DNA of 64,000 nt from Ascidiella aspersa (Eukaryota), in the NCBI GenBank assembly GCA_963924565.1, contig OZ004607.1, positions 23,932,001 to 23,996,000 of the forward strand, read 5' to 3'. Shown one piece after another: positions 49,901 to 62,700 of this stretch. The position numbers were made by a program, and so were the translations under genes. Position 1 is the stretch's first letter. Each line of letters starts with the position of its first letter. The notes beneath the pieces were generated by a model. The model was not told the DNA's origin and ran no database searches. It saw nothing but the letters and a program-made list of their open reading frames with translations.

Positions 49901-52900
49901 TATGCGACAAAGTTCAGGCCACATTCGCTTCGCTTCCTCGGAACGACCGAAAAGCACTTCGTTCTCGTGCTTCAGGCTAAAAATATGCTAAAAAAAATAA
50001 AATAATAAATAGTTAAACGCTGTGCACAGGTAAAAATCCTGTTATAAATTAGTATTTTTAAAATTTAAAAAATAAGGTACATAGTGCAAATTGGCAAAAA
50101 ATAAAGTTTAGGGGGGCATAGCCTGGTGCCGGCCCCCTTCATTAAAACAAAAAAAGCCAATAAAATTTCAGTTTTATTGGTTTTCCTAGATTAGAACGAT
50201 TAGGCACTTTTTATGATTATAACGCCAGTCGATTGATCGCTTCCACTTGGGCCAGGATAAGTTCTCACGTTGGGTTAAAATTATTTTTCTTCTAATTATA
50301 TAAACGTATAAGTTCAGCATAAAACCGTATACCTTTTGTTAATGCTCACATGGTTTTACTGTTATTGCGGGGAAGCATTCAGTCACATGCCAATTCAGAC
50401 ACAATAAGCGGCAAACAATAGTATAGGATCGATAAGCGTCTTTAATTTGCTGTTCAAAATGTTCTCCGATGACCGTGAAAATCGAAATCGTAGTGCATGA
50501 TATAACCTATTCCTACTTCACATGTGGCAACGTAACGTCATTTTAAGGACAAGTTTTATATAATCGCTCTATGCCTCTGGTACCTTGCTTCTGTTGCTTC
50601 TGATATCACGCCAGGCGACTAGTAAATAATGGTTTGCTAACTCAAGATTATTTCCTACTTTCCAAAGAAGTAAAGCTATGTATAAGTACTTTAGGGGTAC
50701 ATTGAATTTTCACAATCATGTTAGATACCATCGGCTATGGCACAAGGCTTCGGCAAACTTACTCGGGGTTGGTACAACTTTTCAATATTTTAAATAGTTA
50801 TTAGGAGGCCAAATCTTAATGGCTTCTTACCAATTGTTTAACCACGCAAAGGCACGTGGCCCCCACCTCCCAAATTGTATTTTTTGCCTTTTTCTACGTA
50901 ACTTCTATTTTTGTTTCGAAACTGGTTTACGTTTCCACTGTGTCTTGCCCAATGTAGATAAACTGGTTTTAGCCCAAAGGCGGCGTGCGTCTCATTGTAC
51001 AATCTAAAATGAAAGTTTTGGAAACTTAAACAATATAAAGGCGTTTTGGGGCGTTATGTTAATCGATAACATCTTTGTAATATAGCTTTGTTTTCTCCAA
51101 CTTCTGTATGAAGTCATGTTCAGTAACTTTGTGGGCTCACGGTTTGACGTAACTTTATGACGTCATCTTAGAAAAATTCCATGCCCCCCGCGAAGAAAAA
51201 ATCCTAGATCCACGCCTGTGCATGACTGACCTTGTGTACATCTTCCAACTCGTTGTGAATGTCAGTCGTGATCTTATTTAGTTTTTTTATGTAGTCTTCG
51301 TTTTGTTCATGCGCTGACGATATTGCATATTTCTACAAATAATGGGATAAATCTCACACAATAATTTATAAAATTGCAATAAACAATTAAAAGTTACACC
51401 TGATCCGTCAGAAAGTAGTGCAATTCTAAGCAAAAAAGGTACGACAATTAGGGCATCCTAAGGCAGAAAAGTATTGCTTTTAGACTATGAGGTCGTGGCA
51501 ATGCACTAATTGGACCTTTGGGTAAACTCCCGGCGTGCGGTATAGATAAATAAAATTAATTGCTAAATGGTATTTATGATGCTATTCGTCCTATTAAACT
51601 GACATGCCGCAAAACATAATAACATATTTTCTATCATTAAGTAGCACAAACAACAAACAGCGCAGTTCAATTAATCTAAAATGCTCGATCATCGTCAAGT
51701 TTTACCGGTCATATTTGTACTTTTTTTTCGAACAAAACAGTTTTATTAAACAAGAACTTCGGGCCGAGTAGTATGGGGCAGTTTGGGGGCACGGTTGAAA
51801 AAAAAACAAACAAATACGCTTCTATCTAATTTAATTTAAATCCGGCAAATTTTCTGTCTGAGGTAATTTAGAGGGCAAATTATAACTCGAGTTAAGCTAA
51901 ATCTAAATCGGAAAGGAGTGTTGACAATTTAACTGAAATCGCTATATAATTTGTCCCTCTAAATTAAATCGGACAGAAATACATTCCGATATTACTTTAA
52001 CGCCAGTTGTTTGCAGGGCGTATCAAACCTAATCAAGTTCTGCCTTAAATTAGAATCCAGCTTTAACACAGTTTTCATTATTTCTAGATTATTTTCATCT
52101 AGATGTAAGACTATATGCAATCTAGATTATAGATATTTTTGGCGGTATTCTATAATTACGAACTAAAAAATGTAGATTAACGACACCAGATTGTCAAAAT
52201 TGAAATTGCAACTGGGAGCACCCTAAACCAAATATTGTGCGCTGATTTAATAACTGTGGCAGGATTCTAGACCAGCGCCCTGAACCGATTTTAAAAATAA
52301 ATTAGGTCGAACTGGATTTTGAAAAAAAAAAGTCGTGAACCCGAAGACATCTCGACTCCCTGCAGCCTGTTTTGGACTGTTAGGGCCTACAGTTCTTAAA
52401 AAAAGGTTGCAGAAAAAACTTAAGACAGAAGAAGAACTTCGTTAATCCCTAAGTTATATCGAAATGAAATTCTCTCCGATTAAACTTAAATCAGACAAAA
52501 CTTGAATCGGACAAATTTTCTGTCCGATTTAGATGTAAATTGGACAAACTTAGGCCTACAGTTCGATTTAAGCTAAATCGGACAAACAGGCTGTCCGTAG
52601 ACCTAGAATCGTATTTGTTTTTTTTCAAACGGCGCCCCATGGGTGAGGGAGTAGTCGACGACTATAGTCTCTTGAGTAGCTGTACCATATTTACACATAT
52701 ATCTATGATCTAATAAAAAATAAAACATTCAAAAAAGGAAGCCATGCTGATTGTTTCTTTGTCTTACCACTTAGAATGCCGAGCTCATTTTCGTCAGAGC
52801 GACGGTCCTATACCATGGCCGGGACAATAAGTTCAAATATCCAGGTTCTATTTTTAACCTTGCTTTGTTGCATTGGCATTTTATATAGGCGCGACTTAGA

Positions 52901-54295
52901 AGTGGCACGTCACTGATTTATAAATAAGTATAAACGGACCATGCAGATGTTCATTGAAACACTTTATCGAGTCTAACGTAATCATTTTATCTCTATTTTA
53001 TAGTAAAAGCTAAAGGGGTGTTGCAAAACCAATAAAATGGGCGTAAAATGTATGATCTTCAGAAGTGTTTCTTATTTTTTTTTGTTTTGTTCACCCCTAG
53101 CATTTATCTCCAGATTTCATTCACCCTTGTCTCATGATATGATAAAACTATCTCGTCTATATATAACAGCACAAAATGACTTAAGTTGTTTCGATTTTTG
53201 GTAAGATCAACTCAAGCTAAGTTCTACCATTGCAAATCTACAATTTCTCGAGTCCAGAGATATAAAGCTAAAAAAGCACAAAAACAGTCACCAATTTTTG
53301 TACTTATATTTGTACACGTTCACTCAGTGTAAACCAACTTCACTATACAATAAGCAAAAAACACACCATAAAACAAAAGTTCAGTAGTCGATTTACTGCA
53401 GAGCTATCAATAATTTCTGTCGGTTCACCCTTATTCACCCCTTTTGGTTGGTTCACCCCTGCAAAAATTCACCCCGGGGTGAACAATTCACCTGTTAAAG
53501 AAACACTGATCTACGGTAGCTTACGTCTAAAAAAATTTTGGTTTAATTTAGTTTAAACTCGCCCAATATTCAGTGCGGTGGCATTTTCTAACAATATAAT
53601 GTAAGTTTAGCGAAGAGAGTTCTTGTAGTTAGGGGTAAAGATAGGCGCTGGTCCTTAAGACGAGGGCCGACGGCTGCCTATGGTCTCTTACACGTCCTTA
53701 ATCTGACTTCAAAGGAACAGGCTGATAAAATACCTGTCCTTAACTTCTTGAACTCTAGGCAAAGACAATCCACTCGGTACGCGTACCAAAGGTTGGGAAC
53801 CCCTGCTTTAATAGAACTTTCACGTGTATCCGCAAATGAAAAAAAGTTGCCAGTGTCAAAAATTTGACTTGCGGTAACACGTCGTACGCTAAAAAATTAC
53901 GACGACCATTGGCATTTACGCTGGTTCGTGGTGTTCAACTGTGCGTGTTGGTTTTCGGCTGAGGATACATAAACAAAAATGTAATACTTGCCAATTCTTC
54001 AGCTGCATTTGTTTTTATTGAGTTGTATTTTCTTCTTGCGACCGCGACTTTGATTGTCGTTTCTTCTAATTGATCAACTGATGACTGCCTTTCACGTGTT
54101 AGCTCATTTATGCAATCAATTAAACCATTAACATGTTCATAGGCTTCTTTCTCTGTTAAAAATATTATCGAATAGAAACTTAAAATAAAATTATTTTTTA
54201 AGTTAAGAAATACCATCGTCTACGCCCAAATGAGTTGACAACAAATTTTCGAGCGCATCGGTGCTGATTTTCCATTTTTTCCCCTGATCAACCAT
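43952..54295 (-). CDS. CCDC175-like coiled-coil protein (paralogue B), multi-exon
   Basis: Exons: MVDQGKKWKISTDALENLL..., EKEAYEHVNGLIDCINELTRERQSSVDQLEETTIKVAVARRKY, YAISSAHEQNEDYIKKLNK, ...LDQIQFDMHMNMENEARLRGDANKRDEEILSSIA, DLSKMRGNQLGETWEKMDDLIELF. Aligns in register with paralogue A. Last exon is uncertain. Confidence 0.65.
44631..44828 (-). mobile_element. Miniature PLE-derived insertion with inverted arm and hammerhead
   Basis: 17-bp TSD ATAAAGCTTATATACCA (44614-44630, 44829-44845); perfect 31-bp inverted arms (44629-44659 / 44771-44801); 27-nt tail. Confidence 0.87.
44668..44707 (-). ncRNA. Minimal type-I hammerhead ribozyme
   Basis: Minus strand CC-CTGATGA-A-GACGACC-TGTATA-GGACGTC-GAAAC-GTC-GG followed by AATAAA; canonical GUC site. 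Confidence 0.87.
47305..48477 (+). mobile_element. Non-autonomous Gypsy-type LTR retrotransposon (1173 bp)
   Basis: Identical 162-bp LTRs (47305-47466, 48316-48477); TSD ATAT; PBS TGGTGACCCCG complementary to the tRNA-Trp 3' end; PPT GGAGGGGGG; degenerate gag start (KLPTFW); no intact pol. Confidence 0.92.
51786..52638. mobile_element. TIR element (MITE) with internal AAATCGGACA repeats
   Basis: About 35-bp imperfect TIRs GGGGCACGGTTGAAAAAA..CAAATACGCTTCTA / TAGAATCGTATTTG..TTTTCAAACGGCGCCCC; no clear TSD. Confidence 0.65.
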
Positions 54296-55277
54296 TTTCA
54301 AACTATTCCAAGGTAAACTGCTTACTTTTTACGTAGTTTGCGGACGCATTGTTAATCAACTTGAATCACAGGACCTTAATATAAGCCAAAAAATACACTT
54401 TGTTACGTCAAAAAGTTATTGTTTTCTTCATAAAATTTCATTCAAGCGTGACAAAACAAAACCAAGTAGTACATTCACCGTGGAAACGGATCGGCCGTGA
54501 GGTCAACATGGGGTCAATCAAAATTAGATATCGTTTTATAGTAAATTGATGCCGCTGGTCTAGCATTCTACCACAGCGTTGAAACAAGTATTAAAACAAT
54601 GCACAATATTTGTCTGAGGGTGCGGTTATTGTTTGGGTGAAGGTGGGCTAAGTATACTATCTTAATAATATTGCTTAAACTTTTAACCTTAATTAATAAA
54701 GTTTGACAAAAAATATTATACCTGGCCCGCAATCTTAAATCCTAACAGTTATCTGTCCCCCGATGGTCAGGCCTTACAATTATCTGGCCCTTTTTGAAAG
54801 AAGTTTGGTGAACCCGGGCCGAACGTCACCTTTTATATTAAAAGCTTTGCCCATTTAACCAAGTAAACGGATTTGTTTCACACTTGGGAGCGCATTTGGA
54901 GTATTTAGCGGAGAGGATAACAAGTGTTTTTAGAATTATTTCTATATAGATGCCCTCCAAAGAAAAATCCTGCAAAATAATCTTTCTCACAATGCCTATT
55001 GCCTATGATTATGCAACTGATGTATTTTATATTCGCACAAGCAAATTTGCCTTTTTTGAGCAAAAAGTTGTAAAATAATATAAATGAAAGGAGAACAATA
55101 GTTAATTGTATTCCTGGGTTTAATTATAAATGTTTACTTTTAAATTTGGTGAAAAAATGATTAAAAAAGCAAATTAAAATATTTAGTTTTAATATGTATT
55201 TATATAGGTAATGTTTAAGCCATTGCTTGTTACAATTTTATCTGTAGTGCCAAACCAGTTGTTTTGTAGGTAAAAAA

Positions 55278-56504
55278 ATGAGTATTATTAAAAAGAATAC
55301 TTCAACTTTGTGCACAAAGTGTAATAGGTGTTTTGCAACGAAGCACACCTTAAAAATGCATTTGAACTTATGTGGAGTAAAGTTCAGATGTTCATGTGAA
55401 GCACAATTTCTTTCAAAACGAAGCTTGCTTATTCATGTACGAAGGCTACGGCACAAAGTGCCCTCAGATCTTATACACTTGTTTTCTAAAAAAGGAAAGC
55501 TACCTTCTTCGCTGCTTCCCAATGCCTTGGGTGATTCTAAAAAAATCTTATTGCCAAACAATAACAAAGTGACTAAGTTCAAGTTGCTTACATTCAAGAG
55601 TAATATTTTACCAATATCACCTGGTGTTACTCCATTCATATGTTTTCCACTTAATAAAGTTATTTTACAACCTACACAAACAACAGTCCAAGTTTCAACT
55701 AAGGATACACCTAAACAAATTGCATTTCAAGTTGAAACATCCTGCAATCCATACCTTCCAGTACAAACCAAGCCTATTTCATTCCAGCAAGAAAATATTG
55801 CTCATAGTGCAGCAGATCAAAGTAATAAATCTAATGATGTATGTAATAACAAATATTCTGACTCCATGAGTACTTTTTGTCAAACAGATGTTGATGAATG
55901 GGTGCAACCTGTCTATCAAACCTTTACTGGTACACAAACAAATCTTTCATCCTTTCAACCAGACTTTCCCCAGAAAGACAGTGTTTTCTGTCAAACTGAT
56001 GACCTGCTTTTGGAACTAGGCATAAAAGACTTACCACATCAATATAATGCTGAATGTGTTCAAGATTTACATAACAAAGAAGATACCACAGGATCTAGAT
56101 TTACTAGTTCTGGCAGTACAACTGCTACCAATACAGGTGATCTGGAGAACCAGATATGTTTTTCAAACACTAAACAATCCACTTCTACAGATTGTACCCA
56201 ATATCCACACCTCTCTTGGCAGACAAAAACTGTACAGACATCCAGTGCTGATACTGAGCCTTACATATCTTGGAATAAAAACTTACATATGAACCATAAC
56301 ATGTGCACTGAAACAAGCTGTGACTGGAATCACATCCACACTCAAACCGACACCAATCATTGTATGTGGGAAGAACAACGAAGCATTTTGACCAATTCCT
56401 GTACACAAACATACTTTAATGAACTAGATAATGAACCTGATTTTCTTGCACAGTTACTTGACATTGAAACACAAACTGATCCCCACTGGAATATGCATGT
56501 GTAA
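55278..56504 (+). CDS. ATMIN: ATM interactor (ATMIN/ASCIZ)-like zinc-finger protein
   Basis: CTKCNRCFATKHTLKMHLNLCGVKFRCSCEAQFLSKRSLLIHVRRLRH resembles ATMIN ZF3-4. Followed by a low-complexity tail with many TQT/xQT LC8-type motifs, ending LLDIETQTD. Confidence 0.8.
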   Translation: MSIIKKNTSTLCTKCNRCFATKHTLKMHLNLCGVKFRCSCEAQFLSKRSLLIHVRRLRHKVPSDLIHLFSKKGKLPSSLLPNALGDSKKILLPNNNKVTKFKLLTFKSNILPISPGVTPFICFPLNKVILQPTQTTVQVSTKDTPKQIAFQVETSCNPYLPVQTKPISFQQENIAHSAADQSNKSNDVCNNKYSDSMSTFCQTDVDEWVQPVYQTFTGTQTNLSSFQPDFPQKDSVFCQTDDLLLELGIKDLPHQYNAECVQDLHNKEDTTGSRFTSSGSTTATNTGDLENQICFSNTKQSTSTDCTQYPHLSWQTKTVQTSSADTEPYISWNKNLHMNHNMCTETSCDWNHIHTQTDTNHCMWEEQRSILTNSCTQTYFNELDNEPDFLAQLLDIETQTDPHWNMHV

Positions 56505-56726
56505 AATATTATGTTTTGTTGTTTACCATAAATAATATTTCAACATTTCATGGCTTGTTCTATTTTTTTTCTTTCAATAGCTTGCCATGTAAATTTATTT
56601 TGTCAACATATAAAACTTTATGTATAGTTTACCAGCATGCAAATATATATTTTAATTGTTGCTTGTCTTTTGATCATTCTTTTAATTGTTTAGACCAGTT
56701 TTGTTTAGAATTGCTGTTGTATTGCC

Positions 56727-59700
56727 ATGAGCAAGTCTGAGGAAGTGTTCAGTGTCTCTTCAACATCAACTTCTGAGGTTGAAGAATTTTCTGTTCACCA
56801 TGTACTTGATATTAAATCAGCCTGTGTTTGCCTGCTTGATGCTGTCGCAGTTTTGGTGAATGCCCGTCACAGAAAAAGCCAAGAGTCTTATCAAGCTCTT
56901 GCTCAAAGGATGTTCAGTTTGGTAAAAGAAAACACAATAATTATTTTTTTCCCATATTCTAATCCTGTGTGTTTTACTATGTTGTAGGATGAAAATGTTT
57001 TCCGAGGTGTAAGGGAGCGCTACCTTTGGTGGGCGTCATCTATGTCCCATAACAAGCAACTTAAAAAACCAACCAAAACCAGACAAATGACTAGAACAAG
57101 GAGTTTTACTGGAAGTGCTGAAATAAGTTTGAAGTATGGATTTTAAACAATAATGCAAGTCATAAAGTAAATTATTTATTTAAAAACATTTTTGTAATGC
57201 ACCTGGTCGACCATTACTATTAAAATAATAATAGAGTAGCCAAAAATCAAGGGTGTTGTTTAAAAGTGATTGTCAAGCACTAGACCTGGTGTCAGCCCAT
57301 TTAAAAAGTTATTTAAAAAAAATATCAGTGCCACATTAGAGCAGTGATTTTCAACTGTATTTCGCAAAAAAATATCCTTTTGAGTATTATTCCATAGAAA
57401 ATTCGTCAGAAATCACTGGTTTAATGTGATGGACTTTTGTTTTATAAAAACTGTCATTTGCCTAATTTATTGTTGTTCCCAGGTATCGCACATAGAAAAT
57501 CTAAATGTAAATAAATTATTGTTATGTTGTTTATTTTAATGGATAAACTTTCATTTTGTGTTCTGCAAAATAATTTTAACGCATAAAGTCTTCTGTGACT
57601 TAAAACGATTAAAAACGACTACACTAAAGTCATCATTATTTTCTTTTTTTATGTTTCAACAAACTATATCATTTAAGGAACATTGAGATGGAAATGAATA
57701 AGCTCTTACTTGCCTTGACCAACTCATTTGATGCTTGCAAGTCAGTTTTGTTACAATCCTTAAAACGAAGAACTGACAAAGAAATTTCGCTGATTGTGCA
57801 GCTTAAATGTGCTCAAGGTTGTATAAAATTTATTTTTATTGAACAATTGTAAGTAACGTTGCATGATAAATTACACTAAACAATATTGTAATATTAGAAA
57901 CATATTAAAATAATATTTTATTTTTGCAGGGGTGGGCAATTATTTTTAGCCGCGGGTCGCATGAGAAACCTAAAATATTGTGGCGGGCGGGTCAAATATA
58001 GGATCTAAAATACATACAATATGACGTCATACTCTGACGGTGTAAAACAAATAATCAACCAATTTGTTATTACGTTTCGAGTTTTGCAAAAATGTGCAAT
58101 TTAAGTCGGATTCCCGCGAAAAATTTGCGACTATGTTTGTTTGAAAATGCAAACTTTAATTTAGATTTAGATGGTACGTGAAGCATTGAGCACCGACTAA
58201 AAATGTATATTGCTTGATGTATTAGCGTTTATTAAGTTGTGGGGCGCGTTGACCCAAAACTTAAGATTAAAATACGTGAAAATTTCGTACGAAAAACTTG
58301 CCTATATGTTTTTTCTTCATTTTTAAAACTTTAAGTTACCGATGTATGTGTTACCAAGTTTAACAAGCTTAGCCTAATATTTATATATATTTTAAATATT
58401 AGGCTAAGTTTGTTAAACTTTCGTTGGAGAGAGTGTCACTAAGCAGAGGACGCTATCTTTCTGTGAAGTTGCCAAAAAATCGCGTGGAACATACAAGCAA
58501 CACAGAAGAGATTCGCGCGAAGCGCGAAAAGAATTTCCGTTATAGCATTTAGAACAGGCCAAAAATCGAATTTGATGGATCTTGACAAGATCTGTCAAAC
58601 TTGCCCTGGTTTTCGCTGAGCCTATGTATTTTATTAAAAATAAGCCGCGGGCCGTATGTTGCCCAGGTCTGCCCTATTGGCTAGATCACAGTTATTGGAC
58701 ACATAATTATGCATGTGCATCTTTCATTGAAAGATGATATGCTACTATAGATCCCCTTCAATGTGAAGTTGCTTGCACTAACAGAATGTAACAAGCATTG
58801 GCCTATAGTTTTTCACTACTTGCTTCTCTCTGAGCCAGTGTAGCTTAGTTGGTAGAGGGACAGTCACTGTATGCTTGAGGTCGTCAAACCTCTCTGCAGG
58901 CTAGTTGTTTTTCTAGCCTGCCTTGTTTGCATCATTGATAGACAGATTTGGTGAGTCTGCGATGGCATTCGGTGTACATATTGGATTTATTCTGAACTGT
59001 TGTATGGGATTCATCTTGGTTGGCAATTTGCCACTAAGAGGTGAAAGGGCAGAAACAACATTATTTTTACAACGATATAGCATGCATTTAGCTGCACAAA
59101 AACAAACTATAGTAAGACCAGACAAAGCCATGCATATCACATAAAAAAGAAAAATAAACCAATAATTTAAAACCTGTCACCTTAGACAAGGGTCATAATT
59201 TTTTTTCTTATAATTTGATTTTTCCTCTGTGCTGAGATGAGTCTATTCAACCAAACATTTTAACTTGTCACACACACAACATTAATATTAAGTAAGCTCA
59301 TAGTGTCTTGCTTAACATGCAGCAGTGTGCAACGTTACATTGAATGTTCAAAGAAAGTGCATTTAAAAAAAATCTGCTGTACTGTGGTTTACATGCCTGT
59401 TTTACCAGAAAATACCATACATTGAACACCCAAAACCTATGTTGTATAATTTTGTTATACCAGTTTCATGTGTTTTATATAAAATGTGGTACTATTTAGC
59501 TGGTGAATATCCTATTTGGTCTGTTGTATACCGGATGCCTTTAGAATAGCTTACAGAAATCACTCAAACTAATTAGAATTAGGGATGTCCGTAATATGGG
59601 ATAAAAGCCGAAACCTGATGCTGTGTGGTAGTATCCATATTCATCTGATACTAGCAAGTTTTTGGTGCCAACCCAAGACCAAATTGATACTGGTTTTTCA

Positions 59701-62700
59701 ATTAATGTTGGTTATTTGATATAGGATCGGATTGTGAAACTGTTTGTCAAAAATATCAGAATCAGACATCCTTAATCAGGATTAGGATTATTAACGGTTA
59801 AGCAGGAGGTTATGAGTTCAAACCTCACTACAGGCTAGTGGTTTTTACAGCATGGTTTTGCTTGCATGAAAATCCTGATTAAGTCAAACAAATTTGGTAA
59901 GATTTTTCTGAGGCATTCAGGTGTTCTATAAAATGCGTGCGTATTTTGTTGGTTAGCATGACTCCAAAAGGGCTTGATGACAGAATTTACACATTGTGTA
60001 TATAAATGTTTTAGTATCTTGTTATATGTATATCATAACTGTTAAATTCCAGATGAAAATTGAGTTCTACGTTAGGATTTTTAATTATTTATATTTAATT
60101 GTCATGTTACCGCAACTGTTTAAGGTAACATATTTTATTTGTTTACCAGATGAAGTAAAATTGCTGAAAAATAAACTGGCATTATCAGAATCAAAGCTTG
60201 ATGACACATCAAGAGAAAGAGAAATATGGTTTTCCCGCTTTGATGACTTGGAGGTTCAGCTTCAGAATGCCGAAGGAAAGATTGGAATGTATGCTACATT
60301 TTTTGTAAAAAAACTCTTTCTTTTCTTCTAAAAGAGTTGCTTCAAATATAAAGATGTATATTCACCATGGTAATTGTGCCCACCAAAGTTAAACTTTTTG
60401 TGATGCTGCACTGCCCGGCTTACATGCATTAAAATGGTATTAATTTTGTCGGCTATGTTGATCAACAGAATTATACGACAATACCAAGTGCCTTTGATAT
60501 TGGTTCAGTTTCTAAAATGACCGCACAGAAAAATCTTAGAAATAAGATTTATCGGGGTATTCTTACATTTTTTGGTTTATTTGTAACTTTTTAAAGATTT
60601 ACATCTCTTCTGTTTAAGGCTTGAACAAAGCAGAACTATTTTAGCATGGCAAAAGCAGATGGAAAATACAATGAATAAACACAAAGATGAAATAAAGAAA
60701 AAAGATGAGGTTTTATCTGATGCGGAAGAGAAACACAAAAAGACATACAAAAACATGCATAGCAGAATTATGGTAAGTTAGTAAGTTACTATTATTTATT
60801 TTTAGTTAAATTATTGAAAAAGCTGACAACAATGCATAGAATTTATACTGATTCCATTAACAAATTTTATTGATTGGGAATATATTTAGATAGATTTTAA
60901 GTAACAAAATGCACCACATAATAATTTAGGCAACTTTAATAGAAACATAGAATAGTCTGATTCTATTTTTAGAAACTTCAAGAAAATGTTGGAAAATTAC
61001 AAATTAAAAGTGAATTTTTCAGTGCACCATGTACAAATGACCTATATGAAAAGTTGCAACACAAAAAACAAGAAATATATTTAAAAGAGCAGGTAAGTAT
61101 TTAGTCGTATTGCATAAAGTTAGCATTTAATTGTAAATTTCTGATAATGCTTTAGCCACTGAAATTTTTAACACTTTTAAACAATCAATTTCTAATCAGT
61201 TATTTTAGGTTACATACATGGCCTCATAAACAACTTTGCTATCAAACTTTTGCTATAAGTTTAAAAACACTTGTTCCATATTAACAGGCAATCTACAGAT
61301 TACAGAAAGAAATGCATGAGCAACACAAAGTAGTTGCTGGCTGTTTTCGTGGTTTACAGGCTGATTACAGGTGAGTAATGGTCTAAATCTTACTAGTAAT
61401 TGATCTAAAATACTTTTCTAATTTAAAATGTGTTTTGTTATTTTTTTTCATTACACAGGAGCTTAATGGACAAATGGGAAACTGAACATCCAAGTCATTG
61501 TTTTAGCCCAGATGCAGACAACGTTCAATTTCAAGTAAAATTTTCTTCCACAATGCATATTATAAGATTTGTATCCTGCACTATAACAATGGTTCGGCAC
61601 TAGCTGTTAAATTATTATTGAAACATCCCGTGGAAGTCCATAGAGCCCAGTTAAAAACCACTGGCCTATACTATTTGTTTTATTACTTTACCACAACTAT
61701 TTGTTGTTGCTAAAAAAATGCTGTAATAAACAATGTTTGATTAGGCCATGCTGAGATATTTAAAAGATTGTTCCGGTAATGGTTCACTTCAAGACATACA
61801 CAATGACTTACCAAAGCAGTACAAAATTCCAAATGATGAGATGCAATTTCAGAAAAGACAAAAATTAACGAGGTAAGCTATTTTAGCATCGCCCTATGTC
61901 GTTCGTTAGGACATATATAATAAGTCTTACCATTACTTTTTTTATGATTGTCACTGTTGCCTAAATTTAATAGCTATATCACATACATTATTTTTATGTT
62001 TCTAATCATAGGTCACAAATGGTGAACTCCAAAGAGCTTATATTACCAAGGAGAATTTACAAGGGAACCAGCAAAACTCGGGATACTGATGTGAATATTG
62101 TCAAAAACAACCCAAACAATGTTGCCGGTTTGTGAGAATAGACTGTGTTGATAAAAAAAAATAATAAATTTTAGAAATTGACAAGTAAAAAACTATGTAA
62201 ATTATTTTTGTAAAGAATATTTTAGTTTAACCTATTCACCAACCAGTTTAATTTAGCTAGTTTAGTTAAACTTATACATTGGCAATGATAATAACGGAAA
62301 CAGTTTCTGGTTTAAATGGAATATCCATTTTACCCATGAAATTTGCATCTTTTTATTTTGTTAACAGACATAAAATCAAGTTCTGTACATCTTGTAAAAA
62401 ATAGGATTATTAGAACCCTACAAGTGGCAGTATTTGCTGATTGTTTAATATATTTTAGAAAAAATTAAAATTTTGACCAGGCGTAAAAGTTTGACAAGAA
62501 CTCATATATAACACTTTGAAGCATTTTATTACATTCTATATTATGGTTTATACATTTACAAAACTGAAAATGGATAACCAATTTAAAGATTTTTTTATAG
62601 TGATAAATCCACATCAATCTAATGCTTTACCCATTAGTGTGAAAGCTGAAATGAGACAATCATCTTTTTTGCTTTCACCCAGCGAAATAAGTAAATATCT

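Noticed and set aside
43952-54295. Calling paralogue B CCDC178
   Set aside because: Some C-terminal resemblance from memory, but the in-register match to the neighbouring CCDC175-like gene is stronger; needs an HMM search.
58834-58902. Functional tRNA gene
   Set aside because: T-arm/B box is deleted and the anticodon stem does not pair; it shares a non-tRNA tail with a second copy, which fits a SINE.
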